Below, one piece after another: positions 36,901 through 49,467 of a stretch of DNA of 64,000 nt. Below the pieces are notes generated by a model. That model had not been told where the DNA came from and ran no database searches. It worked only from the letters and a program-made list of their open reading frames with translations. The first letter of the stretch is position 1. Every line of letters begins with the position of its first letter. The stretch covers positions 163,804,001 to 163,868,000 of the forward strand of contig JANJGN010000009.1 of NCBI GenBank assembly GCA_026770705.1. Reading direction: 5' to 3'. The DNA comes from Isurus oxyrinchus. Its lineage: Eukaryota. The position numbers were made by a program, and so were the translations under genes.

Positions 36901-39900
36901 CATGCAGACCAGTGTTTACAGCTCCTCTGAGGGGCTTTGGACTACGACTCAATCAAAACCTGGCCCGAGTCCTTGAAAATTGCAGAGGAGTCGGACGTCA
37001 CTTTGGTCTGAAGGCTGCACAAAGCACAGGGTAGAGGCCCTGGACTAAGACACCTGCCTTTATCTTGTATAGAAAGTGTTCACATGTGAGTGACATGAAC
37101 ATTGCTCATCAAAACAAGGAGCGATAGGCAGGGAGACATTCTTTGGAGTTTATTGACAATAATGAACAGTATGTACAAGTGATTAAAACCCGTGCCCAGG
37201 ATGTGAAACTACTTCTCCTCAACCACGCGGTGTCTGGCGGCACTGTCAAGACCTTCTGTGCTCGGTGGGTGACCACGGGTGTTGCGGTCCTTTATCCAGC
37301 CTCTTAATCACATTTTGGTTTGATGTTGTAAGTGTCCTTTAAATCATGTCTTTGGTTTTGCAGTGACCCTAACGTAGGGGCTGCGTTTTATATTATCCCT
37401 CATTTTGTTAATTTAGTTTATTGGGTTGGCTTTAAAAGAGCTACATCTTCTCAACTTTCCTAATCCTCCCGCTACATCTTGGTGCTCCGCAGACATCCAC
37501 AGTGGAGGTAAAGACAGTCTGCTGACTGCTATGCTCTGTCTGTGATAACTTTGGCGGGCACCCTCTGGAGGCCTGAGGCCTGGAGGGCCCCGGCTTCCTT
37601 TCGAGGTCCTACTGTGTGGCATTAGCACCCTCCTTGTCCTGTGGACTGGGAGCTGTCAAGGTCACAGTAAGAGGGGAGTTACCAGGATGAATGGCCCGGA
37701 GGGTACACATGTTGATCCTTCTCGCTATGGGTACCCAATGGCCATTGGCTGAATCCTTGAGGAGCAGGTGTAGCTGGAGTGAGATCGAGCTGCCTGCACC
37801 CCTCTCGCATACACACTGTCAGGGGCCAACTATACATCAGCAATGGAGTTCAGCCCCACAGCAGTGTAGGAACGATGCCCTGGACCAACGTCTCCATGGC
37901 AGCTGCCATCCTACCAGTGTTGACCTCGGTGCAGTGACATGCCGGCGCTATCACCTCAGAGTGCAGGCGGACGGACTCCTCCATTGTGCCTTGCAATCTG
38001 AGGGGTGCAGCAGATATCCCTTCCTGATGTTCCCGCGTTGGCCTTTCCAGCTCCAGCAACTGTGACATGACCAAATCCAGAAACGCGTCACCTGACTCGA
38101 CCTCAGCAAATTTATGGCCTCCAGCTGCCCACTGAGTGCCGGACACCTGGGAAGCCCCTGCCGCTGCCAGCTGTGGATCAGGCAGTGCAATTTGCTCACC
38201 AGCTGTGACCCTGAGTCTACTCTAAAGCTAGATCTCACCGAGGGGTGTGCCTCTGCGCTGGTGGAGGGTGTGGGTGAGGGCAGTGATGGTACAGCAAGGA
38301 GGGTCCCTCCAGGTTCCTCTTCAGAGATTTCTTTGGGGATTACTTGGTGTCCCTGGGTCTCCATCGGCTGTTACCCAGATGTGCGTGTGGAAGCAAGTGG
38401 AAATATTTTGTGCATGGCAGTGGCCTGTGAAACAGGACACATCACTCACAGCATGGTTGTCTGATGGATGTTGCACTGCTGGACCCTCACTTGGCTGAGC
38501 ACCGCCGACCTCACCGTCAGCACAGGATTGGTCCAGGCCGTTGCCGGCCAGCTGGATGGCTCTGTTTACAAAGTACTAGTACTGTTCAGGAACATGATGT
38601 TCATATTTTCATACATGTCGCTGAATTTGTCAGTCACATTTACGCCTCTATTATCAACCAAAGAGCGGGATTGTCCCCGATTTGCACTAAGTGCGTTAGT
38701 GGGCGGGGGAATTGATGTTTTACCCACCGGCCACAATGGGGGGTTTTCAGGCCGCATCGTCCCAAACCCAACGCATTAGTTATGCATTCCCGGGAAACAT
38801 ACCATTTCCATGGTGAGTGGGATCTCATTCACCCCAAACACCATCATTTCACTGCTTCATCAGGCCCAGCACCATATGTAAAGTCCAGCCTCGTGCACAC
38901 ATCTCAGTGTTTCCAACCCAGGACCACTGCAGGGAAGATATCCCCAAGAGGCAAAAAGACTGTAGCTCCCAGGTTTAGTGAGCTGTCACTGCAACACATT
39001 GTGTACACTGTGGGGGCCCTGCTGTGATGTCCTCTACTCCCACTCTGGCTGCAGTATGGACAGCGCTGTGACCAACCAGGCCTGGGAGGCGGGGGCAGCG
39101 GTGGTATACCCACTGAATTTTATTAAGTTAACCCTCACTGTCAGATAATGTAGACAGTATGAAAAGTGTGGATGAGAAACCCTTAGAAACTGTCCTTGCT
39201 GGATGGAAACAAATACTGGAGAGATTGGAAATTTCTAAATGAAATGAGTGGATGCCTGATTGTTTTATAGAATGAAATGCAGGTACAACAAATTTTTTAG
39301 GGATCTGAGGAGAGGGCTATCTTGCAATATGATGAAGTATAGAATATTGAGATTTTTAATTCAATTTGTTTCACACTTTTTGGTCACCATATTAACTGAA
39401 AATTTTATTTAAATGAGAGAAGGTCATCATCTAATCGTTTATTAATTGTGTTTAATTGTATGCAGTGGTGGCATTAATTGGTGATTCACTTGTGCACCTA
39501 TAAACAGATGCAGACTGAAACTGCGGGTGGTGGATTTGATTAGATTCACACAGTAAACAGCACTTTAAAACAGTTCCACATGTCTTAACCTATCTAACCT
39601 CAGAGCTAATCTTTCTCTTTTCCGTTCAGCAACGAACACTGTAGATTTAAAAAGCTATAGAAGTCCAATAATTTTACCACACAGTGCTTTCACATTGGGG
39701 TGTCCACTGACAGAAACTGTGTCTTCAGATCTGGGCCTTGTTCACACTGTCTCCTGGGAGTTCTGACCAGCTACCCTGCTGTCTTCAGGGAGATCTGGCC
39801 AACCATCCTGCTGTGTTCTGGGAGATCTAAGCAGCTACCCCCTCACATAGGCTTCAGTATTCCCTTAAATGTGTTTCTTCTCTTTCATCTCTCTTTGTCG

Positions 39901-42900
39901 TACCCAGTCTGTTCAGAAATGCTTTTATCCCAGGATTGATTAATTCAATATTTACTTTAATTCTTAGACTTGTAAAAACAAACTTACCCTATCTTTATGT
40001 CACTTCATGACACCTTTTTACAACCTGCATATATCCCCCTTTGAACTAAAACAACTTAATTCAAACTATTCCTGTTATTGCTTCATGTACAAAAATGTTG
40101 AAGTTCTCTTTTGTTCATTAACATATCAAAACCACTTCTTACTGTTGACTTTTGACCATATCCACTGATGAGGCAGTCCACGTTATGGAACCATAACCTT
40201 AAATCTGGAGATAGGCTCGTCAGGGATGTCAGGAAGCACTTCTTCACGCAAAGTATAGCGGAAATCAGGAACACTCTCCTCAAAAAAGCTCTTGAGCTCA
40301 GTTGAAAATTTCAAAACTGATTGACAGATTTTATCTGGTAGCAATATTCGGGTTATGGGACCCCGGTAGGTAAATGGACAGAAGATACTGGTCAGTTGGG
40401 ATTTAATTGAATTGTGGAACAGGCTGAAGGGGCTGCATGTCCAAATCCCTTTTCCATGTTCTGGAGCCCCAGTTAATTTTTCAGTGGTCTGGGCCTTGTG
40501 AGTAACAATGTGCTGTGAAACAAGCTCACAAACAGTTAGCATTTCAAAGAGACACTTTCCAATCACCAGGCAAACTGTGACCTGTGTTGTTTCAGAGTAC
40601 AGTTTGTGACAGTGAAAGCAGTGAAGGCCTGCCAAACCTCACTAAAAATGTTGGTGAAATTGTCACTTTTCTCTGGCTAATCCCTTGACCAAAGAGGGAA
40701 TTTTAATTCCCCTCCCCCATCCTGCATCGTGTTGAAGCATGATGGGATTTGCTGGATCCAGAACCTTCTCCAGCACGGCTTGTGATTCAGGAGACACACG
40801 AAAGCTTCACCCCCACCCCCAGGCAAATGTTTTATACAATTTCTCCCTCCCCATGATTGGCCAATCCTGCCCCAAGCAGCAAAGTCACCCTGACTCCCTC
40901 CTCGCTGCTGTGCTCCGAGGACAAATTCCCACCAATTTCTCCCATGTCCAGTTCCCAAACCCAAATTTAACATCCACCCCATAGAGTGGTAGATGTGTTG
41001 GTGAGATTCCAACATGACAGAGCCAGGCTGAGATGAAGTGCAAAGTTTGAAGAGTATTTGATTATTAAATGTTCAGTATCTGAATGTTTCTTTCTTTCCA
41101 ACAGAACCCGTGTCTGTTCCTGTGCTTAGATTTTCATCACCGCTAAATGTCTCATGTTCTGGGGGTTCAGTGTCCGTCTCCTGTCAGTCTGTCCAGGGAT
41201 CCCTTCCCATTCAGTACACATGGTATGAAAAGACTCTGTCTGAAGATTCAAAGATCTCTGACACCAAGAAACTGGATCTACATTGTCAATCCTTCAAACA
41301 GCAACATCATCAATATTACTGCACAGCCTCAAATAATCAGGGAGAAAAATCCAGTGACACTGTCACTGTTAACTTAACACTCATGAATGTAACAACGAAA
41401 AGCTGCAGTTATGTGATACAAATTGGAAACATTGGTAAGTGTTACTTTGTACAAACAATGTGACGAATGAATTATTTAAATTCATGTCTATCCAAACTGG
41501 TCACTGTTTCAGTTCCTTCAGTCAATCTGAGAAATTGCAACTGGCCAAATTCACTCTCTCTGGTTCCTCAAACATTCTGAACAAGGTCACTAAGTTGCAT
41601 TTTTCATGAAAAATGGACAGGATCAGAAAATATCCCCAAAACATGCAAAAATATTGCAGAATCTCCAACAAACCCATCGAATCAAAATAGCATTTGATTG
41701 ACAGAGCTTTCATAAAGCAATTTGTCTATTTCCAGCAGATGGAATTGTGAAATGCAACCTCCAACTGTTGTGTCCTAGTTTGGGAAGGATATCACTGATA
41801 GAATAGAGAAGAATTGAATTAAAATGAACCCTTGGATGAGAGGTTTTAGTCATGAGGAAAGTATCATCACAACTGAGGTGAATGACCAGCTGGAGGACGT
41901 GGAAATTGTTAGAAATTTGGATAAGGTAACTCTAACTATTTCCACTAGTCAGTGAGTCAGCAACAAGAGAACATTAACTTTAAAATTATCACTAAAAGGA
42001 CAAAGGGAGAAATTTGGAGAATTTTATTGATGCAAACTGTTTTTAGGACATGGAATGCCCAACTGAAATAAGTTTACAAACAAATTTAATAATAGATTTT
42101 AAAAGGGAAACAAATGTATGAGGGTGTGGGAAAAGGACAATGAAATGGAATTAAATGAGGAGATCATTCAGAGAACCAGCATTCGAGTGATGGGCTGAAT
42201 TCCCTCCCCATGTTGTAAAAATTCCATCATTCAAGACAAAATCTCAAATTATCCTGTATAAAAAATTAACTATTCCTTCCCCATGAAACAATGACCCTGG
42301 TTCTGAAACGAGGAGGACTTTAGCCTATTTGAATGTAGCGGTTCAATTTTCTGCAGAGTGGGTGCAGCATGTTCACCGAGAAACACCAACATGGGCACAA
42401 AACAAAGAGAATCACATTTTCACCTGAGCAGCAGGAGACAGGAATTTACATATGCAAATATATTGACTCTGGTCATGTGGTCTCTTGCCTCAGTTGTCAG
42501 GGAAGAAGGGTGGAATTTTACACCCCCATTGCGCCAGGGACTGGGCTGTAAAATGCAGCCAGCCATTCTAAACTCCATGCACTCCAGCAGGACCATAAAA
42601 TCCCACTGTCACAAGGCTCAGACCAAAGGCTGTCAGCAGCAGGTAGAAATTACACCTGTAAACTGTGTTTGTACTGGAGTTGTCAGCAGGGACTCAGTTG
42701 CACTCTGACATTTGATGCCAGTCTTTTGTAGTTACAAGTTCCCCTTAAGAGTTAAAATTCAGGCTGATACCACTGTCCAGCACTGAGGTAGTGCTATACT
42801 GGTGGTGGTGCTGCTGTGTAGATGAGGTATTAAACTGAGGATCCACATCCCCCTTAGGTAGATGTAAACAATTCCAGGGTATTATTCACAGAATAGGGAA

Positions 42901-45312
42901 GTTCTCCTGGTGTCCTTGAAGCCTTTATTCCTCAACCAATACACACAAATTGGGAGCAGGAGCAGGCCACTTGGTCTTTTGAGCCTGTTAATGTCACTAC
43001 AAAACAGATCATCTAGTGAATGTTTTACTGATGTTTGTGGGGCTTTATTGTGTAGGAATGAACTTCCACGTTTCCCAACATTAAAACTTTGGCTTTACTT
43101 CAAAAAAGTACTTCATAGGCTCTGAAGCACTTTGGAATATCCCAAGTTGTGAAAGGTGATGAATCAGCACAACTTGTTTCTTACTTTTTGAAACAAACCA
43201 TTTATTAAAATACATCTGAACCAATTATCTGAGTGCAAACTGCAGGGGGGGGAGGGGGAGGGAGGAGCCAGTCCCAGCAGCAAGGTGGTCATTATAATTA
43301 AATGGTCAGAAAATCACTGGCAGGTTTGAGACATTCATGGTCAGTGGGTGAAGATTCTCATCTTTACTGCAAGCTCAGAAAACTGCCCCCAAAGTGCAGA
43401 AAGTGACCATTGCCAGTATTAGGATGTGACTGTTTAATGTGTTCACATGAAATTCATGTCAAGAATGTGTATCTCTGGATTGCAGTCCACCAACTTGAGC
43501 CCTTACCATGCCCACTAGTAACTCTGTCCCACCAACTCTCAGATATAGGAAAGAAAGTGGAATTACCAGTAAAGATAGATCACCACCAAGTATCTGCGAC
43601 CTCTCCACTTGTGACCAGAGAGGGGTAAATTACACAGAAATCAATTCTACCAGCCAGGCTTTTCCTCAATTAATGAGGTTCCATTTGACAATGATGCTCT
43701 CTCAGTTGACTACAAGTGAAAATGAGGTGAATCTGAATGTTATTCCCTTGTGTCAACAGGACCTGAGTATTGTTGTGAAGCTTGTACAAGAGTATCACCA
43801 ACTACATATTTGACAAGTACAGATATAATTTCCACTACCAATCGAGCCACAACTTCAGATCCCGAAAATGCTGAAAGGTACAATGTTCTCATGGATTGGC
43901 ATTGCTTCCATATGTGAGAGATACAATTGGCCAAAGGAGTGAAAGTTGTTCATTAATTGTAAAGTAGCTCATCAGAATGGAAATGGTGGCTGGGTTTATA
44001 TCATGCTGTTGTGTTAGCTTCTTAATGAGGGTGCATTTTTCTGTTGGAAAATACAAGCAAGGAGTGAGCTTTTCCATTGTGTTGCCGCTCAGATGGTGTT
44101 TTTTGCCTTATTCACCTTGATTACTTCACCGCTAAGGTAACCTCACAGTGTGTGAGGAGTTGTACTTGTCAAACTTACCTTGCTGCTGTCTACACTGACA
44201 GAGTGGTTGTATTTGGGCGGATGAAAAGGAAGAATTAGCGTGATATATCTGCACATCCCTTGGTTTCACTAATGAGAGACATCTTGCAACTCTGGTCCCG
44301 TTTCCATATGATTAGCCTGAGCTGTCGACAATAAGTAGCAGAAATTGTAGTCCGATGTAAACACTCAGGAACCGGGTCTTTGAAGTTACAATGGTGATAA
44401 AGAGAAAACGCCAACTAAATGTCAAACAGAAAGAGGGACAGTTGGAAATGGACAGCAGGTATGTCCGCAGCTGTGGAGAAAATAAACACGTTCATGGTTT
44501 GGGTGCAGACACTTCTTCAGAATTCTAGTCCACACACGAAGCGAAGCAGGTCCACTCACCCCACAGATCCCAACTGAGCTGCTGAATGTTTCCAGAATCT
44601 TCTGTTTTCCATTCATATTTCTAGCACATGCAGTGCTCTTACTTTTATCCAGATTATTGTCAATGATTTAAAAAGTATTGAAAGTCTAGGGTCTGAATTT
44701 TCCGCTCGGCGGGGGTGGGGGTGGGGTAGAGCGGGAGCGAGCACGGGCAGCTGTGGACCCCATCGCCATCCACCATCGGGTTTTTGACGCCATTTTGCGC
44801 GGGCGGCCAATTTAGGCCATCCCAGCGTATTTCCCGGCTCCCGAGGATAGCGGCAGTGGGCGAGAAGCGGGGGGTGTGCACAGACAACCGGGTCCAATGG
44901 TGACCCAGCGGCCTGTTTAAATGAAGGCCTGGCAGCCTGTTCCAGCTGCTCACAATGGCCAGTGCAAAGAATTTTCACTTACAATTCCGCTTCGCCTTAC
45001 AGTTAGACATTATGGACATGCTAAAGAAATTTGCTTCGTTTGATTTTTATCTAATGATCATGAAGTTGATAAGTAGAACTTTAGTTGATTCTTTCAGCTA
45101 AAGTCCCTTGTCTACTTTATGTTGCTGCAAAAAATTACAGTGTAAAGCGGAGAGTCATGTTTCAAAAATGAAACAGTCTCATTTCATTTAAATGGTTTGA
45201 TATTTCTTCTCTTTTGCTCAGTTACATTATCTGGGATGTGATACGCTGGGTGCTCTTTACTCTCCTGGTGATTTGTGCTGTTTCGGGCACATGGTGTACG
45301 AGAAAATCTAAG
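33929..45312 (+). CDS. Gene B: activating-type CD300/pIgR-like Ig receptor; exons 33929-33965, 35825-36136, 41105-41434, 43760-43877, 45222-45312 (terminal exon uncertain)
   Basis: Five GT-AG exons total 888 nt = 296 aa in one frame: MWILILLISSLPVSGALW, V-Ig, C2-Ig, stalk, then a TM with Asp/Arg. Confidence 0.88.
35825..36136 (+). CDS. Gene B V-set Ig exon
   Basis: Paralogue of 433-747, 3 nt shorter, with the same splice sites and Cys/Trp pattern. Confidence 0.93.
41105..41434 (+). CDS. Gene B second Ig exon (C2-type)
   Basis: Paralogue of 6720-7049; 330 nt with intact splice sites. Confidence 0.92.
43760..43877 (+). CDS. Gene B stalk exon
   Basis: Reads GPEYCCEACTRVSPTTYLTSTDIISTTNRATTSDPENAE; 118 nt, phase 1-2. 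Confidence 0.85.
44689..44970. mobile_element. Truncated GC-rich Harbinger-type MITE at the cassette 3' breakpoint
   Basis: Starts GGGTCTGAATTTTCCG (same TIR class), is CpG-rich and is absent from copy 1. Confidence 0.6.
45222..45312 (+). CDS. Gene B transmembrane exon with Asp and Arg (activating type)
   Basis: Acceptor ttttgctcag|T and donor AAG|gtgaga. Reads SYIIWDVIRWVLFTLLVICAVSGTWCTRKSK; phase 2 matches the stalk exon. Confidence 0.85.
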
Positions 45313-45357
45313 GTGAGAGTTATGGACTGTATAAGAATCATTATGGGCAGTTTGCAA

Positions 45358-46282
45358 TGTTATGATGTGGCAGATGATGTGTGTCAGGCAGACCAAATCC
45401 GCAAGTGAAACTTGGTCGAGCTGTCACAACGGTTTTGCAATTTATATTTATTATGAGATGCATGCACTGAATTCAGACACCATAAGTCTACCAAACTTTT
45501 AGAGATTTAAAAAATATATCGTTAAATATATTTATTAGCAAAAGATAGATTTCAATTACATACATAAGTCTACTAATTTCTTCTATAATAACTCGTAAAA
45601 TTCCTAATTAGCCTCACTCCCAGTTACACCTCCTTTAAGGCAACTGTACAAAGAATAGATATTAGGTTTCAAGCAGATCCAGCAAATTGACACAATGATC
45701 TAGACAGTGGAATTCCAAATGGCTTTCACCAGCTTCAGTTTCGTTAGACAGCAGGCTTATGCACAAATGCTGGAGGCTTCATTAAGGCTACTTCAAACAC
45801 ATCTGTTAGGTCTCATATGGACTTCTCCTGACACATAGCCTCATTCTCCTTTATATATGTTTCCCTCTATTTAACATGTAAACCCTATTGTTTCAGATAC
45901 CTTTGAAACTGTGTCTTCCTCACAATGTAAAAACTTTCATGTCGATACTATATATTGTCAGTAACCTTTGAGATAAAGAAACACATTCCTTCATCTTGCT
46001 TAGCTGCCTAATTGTGAAGAGACTAAAATACTTTTGAAATCCAAATCTCCCTTCATTTATCTAAAAAGGCAAATTCCCTTTACACTTTACTTGCTAAACC
46101 AGTATCCATGTTTACTCATTAGCATGTCAAATACCTAGCTTCTTTTGTTGAGTTATATCATGACATCTACCTGATTCCAAATGTAATTAAATCTCACACA
46201 GACAGACCCAAACACTTACCCCCATAAACCTACTCCACAATAAAGCAGAAAATATTATGAAAATTATTATACTTTCATGACA
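45358..46282. mobile_element. Solo LTR
   Basis: Ends TGTTATGA...TCATGACA with flanks GCAA/GTAA; related to 49468-53358. Confidence 0.65.
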
Positions 46283-46392
46283 GTAAATTCTCCATCAATT
46301 ATTTCAAAAACATTGATCACAGATATTGTCAAGAAAAACTTGCATTGATGTTAAGGTCCACAGATTGAAACAAGGTGTTTTACAGATTCTAT

Positions 46393-47290
46393 GGGCAGAA
46401 TCATCTGAGATTTGCACAAAGTGCCGTAGTGAGTGGGAAAAAGGACATCCCGGGTGTGAAAAAACAGCACAGACCAAGACCCTGATTTCCCAGTTTTTAC
46501 TGGTGTTCCATGTTAAAGTATATGAGCCCCACTCAGGCCCGTATTCTTATTTCCCATTTTTTACTGTTTTTCCCTTCTGGGATATTATCCGCCGGCTGCA
46601 ATGGCAGATTTTCACACCTTATTATCCTAATCCTGGCACGTCCCACCTCATTAATTATGCGTTCACTGGAAACACACCGGGTCGCTGGTAGGAAGGCCAC
46701 TGATGCGCCACCCCACCATCACCTCAGGCCTTCATTTATCCAGACGCCCTATTTAAAGGCCGTTCCTGCAGAGAGATAGCTCTCTCTAAGGCATCAAAAA
46801 CTGCTAGGAATTCATAGCTGCCAAAGGGAGGAAACATGTTGCATCCAAAATTTAGCACTGCCTCCCTCAGCCTACTGGGCACTGTGAGAGCTGCCGTGAA
46901 GTCCTCTACCCCAATTCTAGGCAAAGACCAACAAGCATGGCAACAAATCTAGCATGGGAGATGGTGGCAGCAGTGGTCAGTGCCAATGCACTGCTAAAGA
47001 GGACGGCCACCCAGCGCTGAAAGAGGATGAATGGTCACCTTTTTTCTGCTAGGTTAAATCACTTTTCTCATCACTTACAACTCAAAAACCCATCACACAT
47101 TCACTGGGATCTCACTCAATACCAGTTCAAGGGACATCACCATTCTCCCTCTCACACACACCTTCCTCTGCCCTGCCGTTCCTGTCCTCATCCATGGCAC
47201 CACTTACCACCCACACGTGCCGGGTGCCCTTCTCATGTGACCTGGCAGGCACCCTGCTTACGCTCTCTCCATCTGTATTCCTGCAGAACA
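46393..47290 (+). mobile_element. Harbinger 5' fragment with decayed Myb/SANT ORF
   Basis: GGGCAGAAT TIR and AWEMVAAVVSANALLKRTATQR*KRMN. Confidence 0.7.
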
Positions 47291-47344
47291 AGCTGGATGA
47301 TGTCAGGGATCTGACACTTACTGAGAATATAGGAGTCACAGACA

Positions 47345-48590
47345 CTCCCTTGGAATCGCGCGCAGACCTGTGGAAGCTCTTGCTGTTTGTTTAAATATTT
47401 CTTGCCATTCCATCTCATAATCATCTTTCTCCCTCTTTATTCGTTTTTTTGGTCATCCGCTGCTGGTTCCTAAAAAGTTCCTAATCCTCAAGCATACCAT
47501 TAGTTTTCCCCCCTTTTTATACTTTAGTTGTTGATTGGATACTCTCTCTGACTGCCGTCGTTAACCATGGGTGGTTCATCCTTCTCATCGAGTCCTTCCT
47601 TTTGAGCGGGATAAATTTTTTCTGAGCGTTATGAAATATTTACTTAAATGTCTGCCACTGCTCACCCACTGACCTTCCTGTTAGTCTATTCTCCCAGCCA
47701 ACTCTTCCTTCATAACTCTGTAATTGGCCTTATTTAGGTTGAGGACACTGGTTTTAGAGACGAGCTGCTCACCCTCAAACAGAATTTCAAATTCTACAAT
47801 GTTGTGTGATCGCTATCCCCTAGAGGATCCCTAACTACACGATCTCTTATGAATCCTACCTCATTACGCATTGCTAGATGCAAAATAGCCTGTTCCCAAG
47901 TAGGTTATGCAACATATTGCTGAAAGAAACTATCCTTGGTACACTCTACAAATTTGTCTTCCAAGTTAGCCCTGCCTATCTGATTTCTCCAGTCAATATG
48001 CAGATTAAAATAATCCATGACAATTGTAGAACCCTTCTTACATGCCTACATTATTTCCCAATTTATGCTTTGTCCTACAGTGAGCAAACTCTTTGGAGGC
48101 CCATAGATGAGTCCAACGCATGGCTCGTTCCCCTTACTAATTGTTATTTCTACCCAAACTGATTCCACATCACGATCTCTGCCAGCTATATCACCACCGC
48201 ACTGATACCTTCATTTATTAACAAAGCTACCCCACCTCCTTTTCCTTTTTGCCATTTTTTTCGGATTGTCGAATACCCTTGAATATTGAATTCCCAGTCT
48301 TGGTCACCCTGCAACCATGTCTCTGTCATGGCTATCAAGTCATATCCATATATTTCTATTTGTGCCGTCAACTCATCTGCGTGCATTCAGATAACAAGCC
48401 TTAAGCTTGGATTGTTTACCATTATTGCCCATTCTGGTTCTCATTTCTGCTGCACTCTTCTGCTCCTTGTCCTGCCCCTTCTCATCATACTTTGATTACC
48501 ATTCGGCTCTTCACTACCCAGCACCTCTGCTCTCTCATTTCCTTTAGATGTTTTAAACTTCCCTTCAATTGTCCCTGTTACTATGATCCC
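47345..48590 (-). mobile_element. CR1 ORF2 endonuclease-region fragment
   Basis: ADELTAQIEIYGYDLIAMTETWLQ...GKGGGVALLI. Confidence 0.8.
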
Positions 48591-49091
48591 ATGTAACCCA
48601 TCCATAATAGAAACATTCCATAGTTTAATCTAATCTTACAAAATAATCGATACAAGAAAAGGAAGCGAGGAAATGAAGGCAGAATCTAACAGAGCACCAG
48701 AGATGATTGTTTGTCAACAAGAACACAAGGAGACGTAAAATTATACAGACTGCAACAGGAGACTGAGATACAGACCCAAGAGAATTGTTACTGGAAGCAG
48801 CAATTGCACTGTATAAAATATATTTAATAAAGTAGCCACAGCAATCAATTTCTACCCATAACGCCAGTTGCAGGGGAACATTAGTTACCCATGAGAAAAT
48901 GATGTTACATCTCTTCAAGAGGGGCACAACTGATAACTTTTCCCAGCACACATGCAATGGGTGAGGAGTGTGATGTTGCCACAGCTCCAGTTCATCACAT
49001 GCTTTGCCTCGATTTGCTGGCATAGCCAGAATTCTGTTCACATGTAAAATAATGCATCGTTCTCAGTCTCAATTAATCTGGTGATTTTCAG

Positions 49092-49133
49092 TTCCAGACA
49101 CTCAACGGATCAGATCCTCAGAGCTTGACCTAA
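49092..49133 (+). CDS. Candidate short terminal exon of gene B (FQTLNGSDPQSLT*)
   Basis: Acceptor gattttcag| in phase 0, in sequence with no recognised repeat, and AATAAA at 49241-49246. No independent support. Confidence 0.3.
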   Translation, partial: FQTLNGSDPQSLT

Positions 49134-49467
49134 GAGGGAAAATGAAGATTCCGGGGTTACATCTACATTGATGGAAATTTTCATCCTGACAAAATATTCA
49201 TTATTCGTCGAGCTTTGAATTTCTTTTAATAATTCTACAGAATAAAAATCGATTTTCTCATCAAATAATTTTGACCATTAAATTAGTGGAGCAATCAAAA
49301 AGCAAAATGATGGCTGCGAACTTCAATTTGTATATCTACATCCTGACAATAATTTCTCTGTTTGCTGCCTTAGTGTCTACACAACTTTATTTCTTGTTTT
49401 AAGACTATCAAATTCTTTAAGAAATAAGCAACTTGAAAGGTTCATTTATTGGAAACCAATCGCTTCA

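Larger units (their letters stand above)
26896..44685 (+). repeat. Segmental duplication, cassette copy 2 (complete, ~17.8 kb)
   Basis: 26896-35159 matches 54817-64000, and 35392-44685 matches 1-10300. Confidence 0.92.

Noticed and set aside
48655-48690. Alternative last exon for gene B (KRKRGNEGRI*)
   Set aside because: No polypyrimidine tract before the AG, so it is weaker than the 49092 candidate.
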